32,000 nt of DNA from Edaphobacter aggregans (lineage in GTDB: Bacteria; Acidobacteriota; Terriglobia; Terriglobales; Acidobacteriaceae). Positions 17,514-25,576 of this stretch are shown piece by piece. The position numbers and the translations under genes were made by a program. How positions within the stretch are numbered: position 1 is the first letter of the stretch; every line of letters starts with the position of its first letter. Below the pieces are notes generated by a model that was not told the origin of the DNA, did no database searches, and worked only from the letters and a program-made list of their open reading frames with translations. Where the stretch lies: the NCBI RefSeq assembly GCF_003945235.1, contig NZ_RSDW01000001.1:90001-122000 (forward strand). Direction: 5' to 3'.

Positions 17514-19538
17514 ATGTTCGCCGCCAAGATCTCGCGGTCGCCTCTAAAAAGTGACAAGCCTTCGGATCGCCGGTTTGGGCAGCTTGGCCTGGTTCCGTCT
17601 AAGCAGCTATCCCCACTTGTTCCAGATGAACCCACGCGCAACCCTCGGCTAGCGGCTGGCGGGCCCATTCTCCCAGGTTCGTCCTCACCCCTCGCCGCTC
17701 CACTGCTTAAGCTGTCACCGCTGCGGCCAAACCTGATCCGTCGGAAGCTGGAAGTTGGCGCTACGAATGACCCGCTCGAAGCAGACGCCGACCGCGTCGC
17801 AGACGAAGTGCTCGGCATGCCTCACCCGGGCAACTCGGCCGGGTCGCATCCCAATTGTGCTGCAGGCCAATGCGATTGCGCCAAATGTAGCGCGAAGCAC
17901 CATGAAAATGGCAGGCTCACACGCAAAGCGCCAAGCGGCACACCAGGCTTGGCCGCCATTTCCGCCCCTCCGCTTGTTCAGCGGGTTCTGAGTCAACCCG
18001 GCAAACCACTGGATCACAGCGCCCGTACGTTCTTTGAGCCCCGTTTCGGCTACGATTTCTCCTCCGTTCGGATTCACAGCGGAGACGAAGCAGCCGAGTC
18101 AGCCAGTTCCATCGGCGCGTTGGCCTTCACCTCCGGCCATCACATCGTTTTCGGCCGTGACCAATACTCGCCCGCCAGTTCAGCCGGATCGCGCCTGCTC
18201 GCACATGAACTCGCCCACGTCACCCAGGATTGCGGAACGATTCGCCGCCAGCCTGAACCTCACCGCAACGCGCAGGTTGCCTGCGTGGTCCGACTCGGAG
18301 GCTGCATCCAGACTCGCGATGCTGGTATTCCTTCCCCTGACGACATCACCCGTTACAACGCCGAATGCCGCAGTAAGTCCCAATACACCGGTGCCGATAT
18401 AACACCCACCGACCAGGAGTGCGCCAATCCTCCGAAGGAAGAGCTCTCAACCGGAGAAAAGATTCTGCTCGGCGCTTTCATCTTCCTCGGTGCTGCTGCA
18501 GCTGCAGCTGTCATCATTGTGGCCGGCGAGGTGATCATACCCATTGTCGTTTCCAGCGTAGTAGAAGCGGGCACGACGGCGTGGGTCTTCTATCTCGCAA
18601 ATGCCATCGCCGTGAACGAAATCGGCGTCTTCGCGATAGGTTTGGTCCTGGCCTGTGAAGGCAACATCGTAGGATTAGCCAAAGCCATGGTAGACGACCC
18701 CGCTCAGGCAGCCGTTCTGCTCGCGCAGATTTATATCCTCCACGTCCAGATCTCGATCGCAAATGGCCCACCCCGCAACGCCACCGTGCCCGCTAAACTG
18801 CTGCCCCCCGACGAACAGACCGAACCCAATACGATCAAGTTCAAAACTGCCGGTCCACCCCAGTTCGAAGACAACGAAGGCACGACTGGACCATCTCCCT
18901 CAAAGGCAGGCACCACAACGGCCCCTCGGCCATCTGCCCAAAATCCAGCAGTGGCGGCTGATCAAGCCGAGTTCGACTCCCTCGAACAGCGCATCCAAAA
19001 CTACCGCTCCAATCCCAAAACTCCGGGACGCGTCGACGTTCCCGCGACGCCCAGGGTTCCCGGTGATCCCAAAGCCCCAAACACTCCAGTGCAGGGTGGA
19101 ACCGTTGCGGTAGCCAAAACAAACGTCACTGGATTGGGGCAAAAATACTACGGTGGAGCATCCCCACAAGCTCTGCCGCCAGGGTACAAAGGGCAGCCCG
19201 GCACATCTGGCGGTCAAGTTCTTACTCCGACCAACCCGCTCTCCACAGATCACGCCGAACAAGTTGCCCTGAACAGCCTTCATGGAGACTTAAGCGCTCT
19301 GCTCAAGGACGCGACGCCCGCGCAACGCGCTGCTCTCCTCCAGGGCAAAACCGTCTGGGTTCTCGTCGAGCAGGAACCCTGCTCTTCCTGTGCATCCGGC
19401 GTCGGCACTCAGGCCTCACCTGGCGTTCTGAAGCAGTTCAGCGATCTCTACCCAGAGCTGAAAATCGAGATCAGAAATCTGAGAACCTCCAGCCGCATCG
19501 TGTTGGGCGGCGGCTCCGCTACCGTGAAAAAGCCATAG
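17514..19538 (+). CDS. putative CIS cargo/toxin: DUF4157 (HExxH) N-domain, hydrophobic helix block and C-terminal deaminase-like domain, 674 aa
   Basis: GAGGA lies 8 nt upstream, and the gap to the previous gene is 11 nt. DUF4157 hallmarks are RRKLEVGATNDPLEADADRVADEV, GKPLDHSARTFFEPRFGYDFSSVRIHSGDEAAESASSIGALAFTSGHHIVFG and LLAHELAHVTQD (HExxH at nt 18204-18218). The hydrophobic block spans residues ~317-416 (nt 18462-18761). The C-terminus has TDHAEQVAL (nt 19251-19259) and VWVLVEQEPCSSC (Cys codons 19380-19382 and 19389-19391). Confidence 0.75.
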   Translation: MFAAKISRSPLKSDKPSDRRFGQLGLVPSKQLSPLVPDEPTRNPRLAAGGPILPGSSSPLAAPLLKLSPLRPNLIRRKLEVGATNDPLEADADRVADEVLGMPHPGNSAGSHPNCAAGQCDCAKCSAKHHENGRLTRKAPSGTPGLAAISAPPLVQRVLSQPGKPLDHSARTFFEPRFGYDFSSVRIHSGDEAAESASSIGALAFTSGHHIVFGRDQYSPASSAGSRLLAHELAHVTQDCGTIRRQPEPHRNAQVACVVRLGGCIQTRDAGIPSPDDITRYNAECRSKSQYTGADITPTDQECANPPKEELSTGEKILLGAFIFLGAAAAAAVIIVAGEVIIPIVVSSVVEAGTTAWVFYLANAIAVNEIGVFAIGLVLACEGNIVGLAKAMVDDPAQAAVLLAQIYILHVQISIANGPPRNATVPAKLLPPDEQTEPNTIKFKTAGPPQFEDNEGTTGPSPSKAGTTTAPRPSAQNPAVAADQAEFDSLEQRIQNYRSNPKTPGRVDVPATPRVPGDPKAPNTPVQGGTVAVAKTNVTGLGQKYYGGASPQALPPGYKGQPGTSGGQVLTPTNPLSTDHAEQVALNSLHGDLSALLKDATPAQRAALLQGKTVWVLVEQEPCSSCASGVGTQASPGVLKQFSDLYPELKIEIRNLRTSSRIVLGGGSATVKKP

Positions 19539-19653
19539 CTTCGCTGTAGCCTTCGTCGAGTAACATCCGTGCAATTTCCCTTTCCTAAGAAAACCAGATG
19601 GAGACCCTGACAAAGCAGCAAACCGAGTTCTGGTAAGAACAACGGAACCAGCT

Positions 19654-21225
19654 TTATCTGCACCCAGCTTTACCCGGTTTCCCCTGATGGAAGGTAAACG
19701 TAATGCCGGTCGGAGAAAACGTCAGCGCCGACGATCCGCCAGGCGTGACACCTGCCTGCACGCCGGTGCTGAACCCAACTCCTAACCGACCGCCGTCGCA
19801 GAAGGTATGCACCGTGGCCTCCACCGAAGCGCCCAGACCAAACTGGAACTGCGTCGGCTGTGGGACCGAAGGCCCTCCCGCTCTCGGCGCAACGCTGCCT
19901 GCCTGCACCCCCGCTGTCGCCGATCCCAAATTAGCCGTAAATCTCGGATCCTCATCAGTGCCCACTTGAACCGTTGCCAGCGACCCGCCGGCCGCAATCG
20001 AAGCCTGCTGTACATTGCTCGGCACACCCTTGTTGTTCTCCGCCGCGGGTTGGGGAAATCCTTCGGTCTGCGCCTGGATCGTCGGCGCGGTCAGCAGCGA
20101 TAGCGTAACGTCGCCCGAGGGGCCATGGCTGCCAGCCCATTTGAACTGTTTCGCCGACGCATCCCACTGCGCTGCCGCCTGGTCGACCACCACGCCCACC
20201 CCAGACCCACGCACATGCTGCGAGTGCGGCGAAACAACCGTGTTCTGCGGGTCGTAACCCACCAGCGTTTGGTGAGTCACATCCGGTCCCTTGTCGTCCG
20301 CCCCACCGGAACCCGCCTTGGGCTTCGACAGGTCGTCCCGGAAGTCCACCGCGCCTCCACTCGTCGGCGCAGGCTGGTCATGCGCACTCCCGGCGTCTGA
20401 TGCCTGCGCACGGAGAAACGAATCAATAACAAACTGCCGAAAACTCTGCTGTTGAAATCCCGGTAGCCACAGGCTGCGCGCCGTGTCTTCCACTAGCCGC
20501 GGCGAGGGGCGCTCGCCCAGTCGCAATGGAGGTAACGTTGGCGCAGGTGCAAGCACCCCAGGCAACAGAGATCGCCGCAAAGCCTCCAGATCCGCCGGCA
20601 GCGGAAACAACGTCACCGGCGTTAGCGCTGCGGGAGTCCGCAGCCGCGTGCTGGGCTGTGGGTCATCCGTGCCCTGCCGTTGCACCAATGCTTGCGAAGC
20701 GGCCTGCGGTCCCGCGTTTCCAGCCAGCACCGCCTGCGCATTTCGCTCCAACGGATGGTCGCGACCTGAAAGCTGCACCTCGCCATCGCCCGCGCTTGCC
20801 CCGCGTTGCTGTGCGACATGCACCAACTCATGCGCGAGCAAAGCCTGGCCCGCGGGCGTGCCGGGCTGGTATCGGTGCCCACCAAAAACCACGTGGTCCT
20901 TCCATGTAAAGGCAGCCGCCCCCGCAGCCTCTGCCGCTGCAGCAGCCTCCCTGTCCGTATGAACCCTTACGTGCCCTAGGTCGCCAAAATGCGGTTCCAG
21001 TCGTTGCCGAACGTCCGGTTGGAGCGGCGATCCCGGCGACCGCCAACCCTCCCGCACAGTTTCCGGAACACGGAGGCCGGCGTCGCTGAACCCTGAACTG
21101 CGCTTCGGTTGCGGGGCAAACGCCCTCAGACTGCCTGGACCGGCTGTCTCTCGCCAGATCCGCCGTGCAAACGCCGGCGCACCCTGCGACCTCATCCTTT
21201 CAGGCCTGGAAACGAGTGCGCCCAT
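19654..21225 (-). CDS. DUF4157 (HExxH) domain protein with uncharacterised Gly/Ser/Thr/Gln/Val-rich C-terminal region, 523 aa
   Basis: GGAGG lies 6 nt upstream of the ATG at 21225. GSPLQPDVRQRLEPHFGDLGHVRVHTDREAAAAAEAAGAAAFTWKDHVVFGGHRYQPGTPAGQALLAHELVHVAQQ is a canonical DUF4157 core (HELVH at nt 20818-20832). I recognise no domain in the C-terminal ~330 aa. Confidence 0.75.
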   Translation of the reverse strand: MGALVSRPERMRSQGAPAFARRIWRETAGPGSLRAFAPQPKRSSGFSDAGLRVPETVREGWRSPGSPLQPDVRQRLEPHFGDLGHVRVHTDREAAAAAEAAGAAAFTWKDHVVFGGHRYQPGTPAGQALLAHELVHVAQQRGASAGDGEVQLSGRDHPLERNAQAVLAGNAGPQAASQALVQRQGTDDPQPSTRLRTPAALTPVTLFPLPADLEALRRSLLPGVLAPAPTLPPLRLGERPSPRLVEDTARSLWLPGFQQQSFRQFVIDSFLRAQASDAGSAHDQPAPTSGGAVDFRDDLSKPKAGSGGADDKGPDVTHQTLVGYDPQNTVVSPHSQHVRGSGVGVVVDQAAAQWDASAKQFKWAGSHGPSGDVTLSLLTAPTIQAQTEGFPQPAAENNKGVPSNVQQASIAAGGSLATVQVGTDEDPRFTANLGSATAGVQAGSVAPRAGGPSVPQPTQFQFGLGASVEATVHTFCDGGRLGVGFSTGVQAGVTPGGSSALTFSPTGITFTFHQGKPGKAGCR

Positions 21226-21331
21226 AGCACACCTCCGCTAAGCCTTCCGCCTCAACCTTAGTCCCCCAACACGTGAACGGCAAGGCTTCACTTATTGCCG
21301 TCGGCCTAAGTCCCAGAGAGTACGGTCTAAC

Positions 21332-24300
21332 TCAACGCACCGGCACCGTCTCTGGATCGACCGCTGCGCTCGCCCCCACGGCCGACACTCGCGCCAAAGC
21401 AATCTTCGCCATCGGATACACGTCGCTCCCAAGTACGAAATCAGCTCCCCGATGCGCCAGCACAGTTTGAAAATCAGCAACGGCCAGCGGACCCTTATCG
21501 ATCCCCACATGTGCCAGACCCCGCAAATAAGGCGTCAGCGACACCTGGTCATACTGCTCAACTCGAGTCAGCGCATTCAAAGCACCAGCTGGGTCCTTCA
21601 CGCCAAGCGCCACGGCTGCCTCCATGTCCGGAACGTAATATTCCATCACCGCCGTATTCTGCGGATAGCTTTGGAGCAAGTCGGTCATCATCTTCTCTGC
21701 GTACACACGATCGCCACACAGAGCCGATGCCATCCCCGCGTTGAAGCTCGCGATTGGCCCACTGGCCAGTTCCTTCGTCTCACGAACCATCGTAAGAGCT
21801 TCGCCGCAACTTTCGGCGAGTGCACGATCCAGTGCACCCTGCGCCAGCATGTACGCTCTCGTCCCTGTGGTATCTGGAAGCCCTCCCGTCGTCTTCCACA
21901 CCGCTGCTCCTGCGACCATCTGTTCCGTATTGTCCAGATAGAGCCCGTAATCCACGAGTCGCCCATAGCTTGTCGCTTCGCCTCGATGCAATGCACGCGC
22001 CTCAACCGCGACAATATCGTCTTTGCCCGCGAGATAAGCCGCTGCCAGCGAACTCCCACCCGACGCAACTCCCAACCGCTGGCTCTGACTCTCCAAATGC
22101 AATGCGTCATCGGAACGGTCCAATCCAATCATCGCCAACTCCGCTTCGCGATACGCATCCGCCCGATAAGGATCCTCCCCATATGCCTGTTGCGCAGCCA
22201 GCAATGCCTCTACGAAATGTCCTTCGGCACGAAGAACCCGTGCCAAACCCACCATCCCTTCACTATCGTTTGGATAGAGCTCCGCATACTGCCGAATAGA
22301 CGTCGCTGCGCGGCCATAGTCCCCACTGGTGTTCATCTCATAAGAGAACTCAGCCAGTCGTCTCACACTATCGCTCGCCTGCCTGGCCGCATCCTGTGCC
22401 AAACTGGCCGCACTCGCCGCAGCTACCTCCGCCTTCTCTTCCCGATACAACCAGGCCAGCTGCATTTGGGCCTGGGCAAATCTCGCGTCAAGACCCACCG
22501 CTTGCTGATACGCCATAAGCGCGTCCGCTGTTCGCCCTTGTCGCATCGCGGTCTCGCCCAGAGCATAAGCATGAAGCGCAGCGATATTAACTGTCGCCTC
22601 ATTCTCCAGCGAAACGCTCGTCTCTTCGATCGTTCCAGTAGCCTCACCCATCTCCGCTCGCATCGCGCGAGCAAGCTTTCCGATCGCGGCAGGAATCTCT
22701 GCCGGTGTATCTGCCGTCTCCGCAACACTGGCAAGCTTATCGTTCGACTCGGTACTCAACACATCCACGCTGATGACGTAAGGTTCAGTTCCTCCACCCC
22801 GGACCTCTCCATACAGATAAGCCTTCGCCCCCGTCATCTGCGCTACCTTCCGAGCCGACACATTTGCTGCAGCTTCCCCATCTTCAGCTTCTATCTGCCG
22901 TGCTCCCGCCTGATACGCATCACCCCCACGTACCTTCAACGCCTGGGACTGCCTCAGTTCAATCTCCAGGCCCTCCAATACCGCACCATCCAACATCGAA
23001 TCGTTTGTCTTATTCTGGACAACCGTAAGCAGCAGGGCCTCGTCAGGACTCAGCACCGCAGGCCGGAATCGTCCACTCCGCACTAGCAGAAAAGCCCCAA
23101 CCACAACCGCGGCAATCACCACCGCAGCAAGCGCCACCTTCAGTATGATTCTGCCTCCCGACCCCGACAGCTCGGGAGCTACTTGCTCCTCCACTTCAAC
23201 CTGTTCGACGTGAGTTTCATCAACACGAACCTTGGTCTGAATCACTCCTGACTGGCTCTTCGCTGTAACAGCGACGCGCTCCTCGGCCAGTACCGTGCCA
23301 GAGTCGGCATCGGCCATTCCCTGCGAAGAGTTTGAAGCACCCACCTTCCAAAGCCGCGTGCCGTCGTCACTAGGAACCGGCATGCCCCCACTTTCTGTTG
23401 CCATTGCGGCTGTCCTTGCAGGCAGACGCAACGGACGAATCACTATGTCGCCCGAACTCGACCCACTTCCATCGGATAGAGCCGCATATTCCCCGGAATC
23501 TCTACGCATCGGGCCCCTAGGCCGAGCTGTCGGCTCCGGCGCTGGTACCAGAGGAACCGCTCCGGCCCCTCTTTTCAGCCACCCTCCCTTGCCGAGTTTC
23601 TCCGCAATCTTCTCCAACGCCTCCCGCAACTGCTCTGCCGTCTGAAAGCGCTCCCTCTTGTCCTTCAACAAGCACCGAAGAATCAGACGCTCCAGTTCAC
23701 GCGGGATCGACTCATTCCAACTCCGCACCGGCTCGGGATCGCGCTCCAGCAGTTGCACAAACAACAGGGCGCTCGTCGTTCCCCTGAAAGGAACCTGCCG
23801 CGTCGCCATCTCATACATCACTACGCCCAGCGAGAACAGATCTGACCGAGCATCCAGTGCCTCCCCCCTGGCCTGCTCCGGCGACATGTAAGCCAGCGTC
23901 CCCACCGTCGACCCGGCAACCGTCAAGTCCAACGACCGTGACGCCCATCCCCCATGCTTCTCCAGGTTGATCTTCGCCAGCCCAAAGTCCAACACCTTGG
24001 CCTGTCTTGAGCCATTCGACTTGTTCACTAGAAAGATATTCGCCGGCTTGATATCCCGGTGAACGATTCCCTTCCCATGCGCCATCGTCAACGCATCAGC
24101 CACCTCCTGGGAGTACCGTACGATCTCTTCCGCCGAAAGCGCCTTACGCGCAATCTTGTCCTTTAGCGTCTCCCCTTCCATCAACTCCATCACGAGGTAG
24201 GGATCGCCATCCCGCTCACCGATATCGAAGATCGTGCAGATATTCGGATGGCTCAAGCCTGATGCCGTCCGCGCCTCTTGCAGAAAACGCTCCCGCATCC

Positions 24301-24451
24301 CCGGCATCTTGTAGTCATTATGCAGCAGCTTTACCGCCACCTCGCGATGCAGCCGCCCGTCCCACGCACGAAAGACCAGGCCCATACCTCCACCGCCCAG
24401 TTTGCCCAGGATCTCGTACGGCCCCAATCGTTGGCCTATCTCCGGACTCAT
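21332..24451 (-). CDS. transmembrane Ser/Thr protein kinase with extracytoplasmic TPR-like sensor region
   Basis: Kinase motifs are the G-loop GKLGGGGMGLVF, VAVKLL, HRDIKPANIF, DFGLAK and YMSPEQ. One TM helix (IILKVALAAVVIAAVVVGAFLLV) is followed by ~570 aa with TPR-like repeats. The ORF opens at GTG 24508, but ATG 24451 (MSPEIGQRLGPYEI) is preferred. Confidence 0.85.
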   Translation of the reverse strand: MSPEIGQRLGPYEILGKLGGGGMGLVFRAWDGRLHREVAVKLLHNDYKMPGMRERFLQEARTASGLSHPNICTIFDIGERDGDPYLVMELMEGETLKDKIARKALSAEEIVRYSQEVADALTMAHGKGIVHRDIKPANIFLVNKSNGSRQAKVLDFGLAKINLEKHGGWASRSLDLTVAGSTVGTLAYMSPEQARGEALDARSDLFSLGVVMYEMATRQVPFRGTTSALLFVQLLERDPEPVRSWNESIPRELERLILRCLLKDKRERFQTAEQLREALEKIAEKLGKGGWLKRGAGAVPLVPAPEPTARPRGPMRRDSGEYAALSDGSGSSSGDIVIRPLRLPARTAAMATESGGMPVPSDDGTRLWKVGASNSSQGMADADSGTVLAEERVAVTAKSQSGVIQTKVRVDETHVEQVEVEEQVAPELSGSGGRIILKVALAAVVIAAVVVGAFLLVRSGRFRPAVLSPDEALLLTVVQNKTNDSMLDGAVLEGLEIELRQSQALKVRGGDAYQAGARQIEAEDGEAAANVSARKVAQMTGAKAYLYGEVRGGGTEPYVISVDVLSTESNDKLASVAETADTPAEIPAAIGKLARAMRAEMGEATGTIEETSVSLENEATVNIAALHAYALGETAMRQGRTADALMAYQQAVGLDARFAQAQMQLAWLYREEKAEVAAASAASLAQDAARQASDSVRRLAEFSYEMNTSGDYGRAATSIRQYAELYPNDSEGMVGLARVLRAEGHFVEALLAAQQAYGEDPYRADAYREAELAMIGLDRSDDALHLESQSQRLGVASGGSSLAAAYLAGKDDIVAVEARALHRGEATSYGRLVDYGLYLDNTEQMVAGAAVWKTTGGLPDTTGTRAYMLAQGALDRALAESCGEALTMVRETKELASGPIASFNAGMASALCGDRVYAEKMMTDLLQSYPQNTAVMEYYVPDMEAAVALGVKDPAGALNALTRVEQYDQVSLTPYLRGLAHVGIDKGPLAVADFQTVLAHRGADFVLGSDVYPMAKIALARVSAVGASAAVDPETVPVR

Positions 24452-24740
24452 GCCTCTCGATTGCCTTCCATCTTGATCTCTCAAAGACGCCACGTATGTT
24501 GCGATCACTGCGCAATCATAGCCACGGCATCTTTCTGTTCTCTTCTTTACTTCTGACCCGTTCCGCGCATCAACAACCCGTACCTCCCAAATTGAAACGA
24601 CTTAAGATGCGTCACCTCGCCTCTATAACGCGACACCTCGAATCAACGATTTACCAACATGGTATGCACCCCATCTCCTCCGGTCTCTACAACCATTGAC
24701 GTAGAAAGACATTCCAGTTCCGTGCCACACCAACCCCTCC

Positions 24741-24746
24741 TATAAT
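24741..24746 (+). promoter_or_regulatory. candidate -10 box (TATAAT) upstream of the HAD hydrolase gene
   Basis: A perfect TATAAT lies 27 nt upstream of ATG 24774. No convincing -35 element sits at 17 nt spacing. Confidence 0.25.
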
Positions 24747-24773
24747 CACAATGTGCCCGCCCCCGACCAACGC

Positions 24774-25475
24774 ATGCGCCAACCCGCCAACCAAACGCTG
24801 CTCATCGACGCAGACGATACCCTGTGGGAGAACAACATCTACTTCGAGCGCGCCATCACCGCGTTCATCTCCTATCTCAACCACCGCACCTTCTCAGCCG
24901 AGCAGGTCCGTGAGCATCTCAACCACTGCGAGCACGCCACCATCAAAGCTCACGGCTACGGCCTCAGCAGCTTCCGGCGTTCGCTGATCAACTGCTTCGA
25001 GCAGCTCAGCGACTCTCCCATTACCCCCGAAAAGCACGACCGCATCGTAAGCTTCGCGCAGGCCATCGCCGATCAGGAGATTGAGCTCCTCCCCAACGTC
25101 GCCGAGACCCTCGCCGACCTCGCCACCCGCCACCGCCTCATCCTCGTCACCAAAGGCAACCCCGACGAGCAGGCCGACAAACTCCGCCGCTCCGGACTGG
25201 CCCCCCATTTCGCCGCCGTCGAAGTCCTGCCCGAGAAGCACCACGAAGCCTACCTCTCTCTGGCCAGCCATCACGGCTGCGAAGCCTGCATCACCTGGAT
25301 GATCGGCAACAGTCCGCGCTCTGACATCAACCCCGCCCTCGCCGCCGGACTCCACGCCATCTTCATCCCGCACGACTTCACCTGGGTCCTCGAACACGAG
25401 GTCGTCAACCAACCTCCCGCCGGCCAGAATCTCCTCGAATTGGCCGCCTTCGCCGATCTCCGTCGTTTTTTTTAG
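24774..25475 (+). CDS. HAD-superfamily hydrolase
   Basis: Motif I is LLIDADDTLWEN (DxDxT-like). Also LILVTKGNPDEQ (motif II/III region) and MIGNSPRSDINPALAAGL (motif IV-like). The ORF opens at GTG 24753, but ATG 24774 is preferred. Confidence 0.75.
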   Translation: MRQPANQTLLIDADDTLWENNIYFERAITAFISYLNHRTFSAEQVREHLNHCEHATIKAHGYGLSSFRRSLINCFEQLSDSPITPEKHDRIVSFAQAIADQEIELLPNVAETLADLATRHRLILVTKGNPDEQADKLRRSGLAPHFAAVEVLPEKHHEAYLSLASHHGCEACITWMIGNSPRSDINPALAAGLHAIFIPHDFTWVLEHEVVNQPPAGQNLLELAAFADLRRFF

Positions 25476-25576
25476 CGCCTATCGGTGCGAAAAGTTGAAG
25501 AACTGTAATGTTCCGCCGACTCATCCGTCAGCATGAGTGTTCGGAGCTGAAGCCCCGACAATTTAAGGAGCATAAA

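Noticed and set aside
18400-19540. Impression that the 3' half of the cargo gene has lower GC3 than the structural genes, as a possible sign of recent toxin-domain swapping
   Set aside because: Spot counts gave ~57% versus ~65% GC on 60-nt samples. That is suggestive but too small to claim. It needs a proper sliding-window GC3 and codon-usage calculation.
19592-19655. Possible bidirectional terminator between the convergent DUF4157 genes
   Set aside because: Only weak stems were found: ACCAGA/TCTGGT with a 30-nt loop, and CTGGT/ACCAG with a 12-nt loop. There is no convincing T-tract on either strand.
21277-21301. Hairpin ACGGCAA-N11-TTGCCGT downstream of the kinase gene as a terminator
   Set aside because: The stem is only 7 bp and has no U-tract in the direction of transcription (minus strand). 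It is mentioned only as context for possible read-through.
21452-23086. 544-aa + strand ORF antisense to the Ser/Thr kinase
   Set aside because: The sequence is low-complexity and Arg/His/Leu-rich with no motifs. The opposite strand carries unmistakable kinase and TPR signatures.
25519-25538. Inverted repeat ACTCAT-N8-ATGAGT upstream of the micro-ORF as an operator, and GAACT...CGTC as an ECF-type promoter
   Set aside because: A 6-bp palindrome is expected by chance. The GAACT-to-CGTC spacing (~21 nt) does not fit the usual 16-17 nt ECF promoter geometry.
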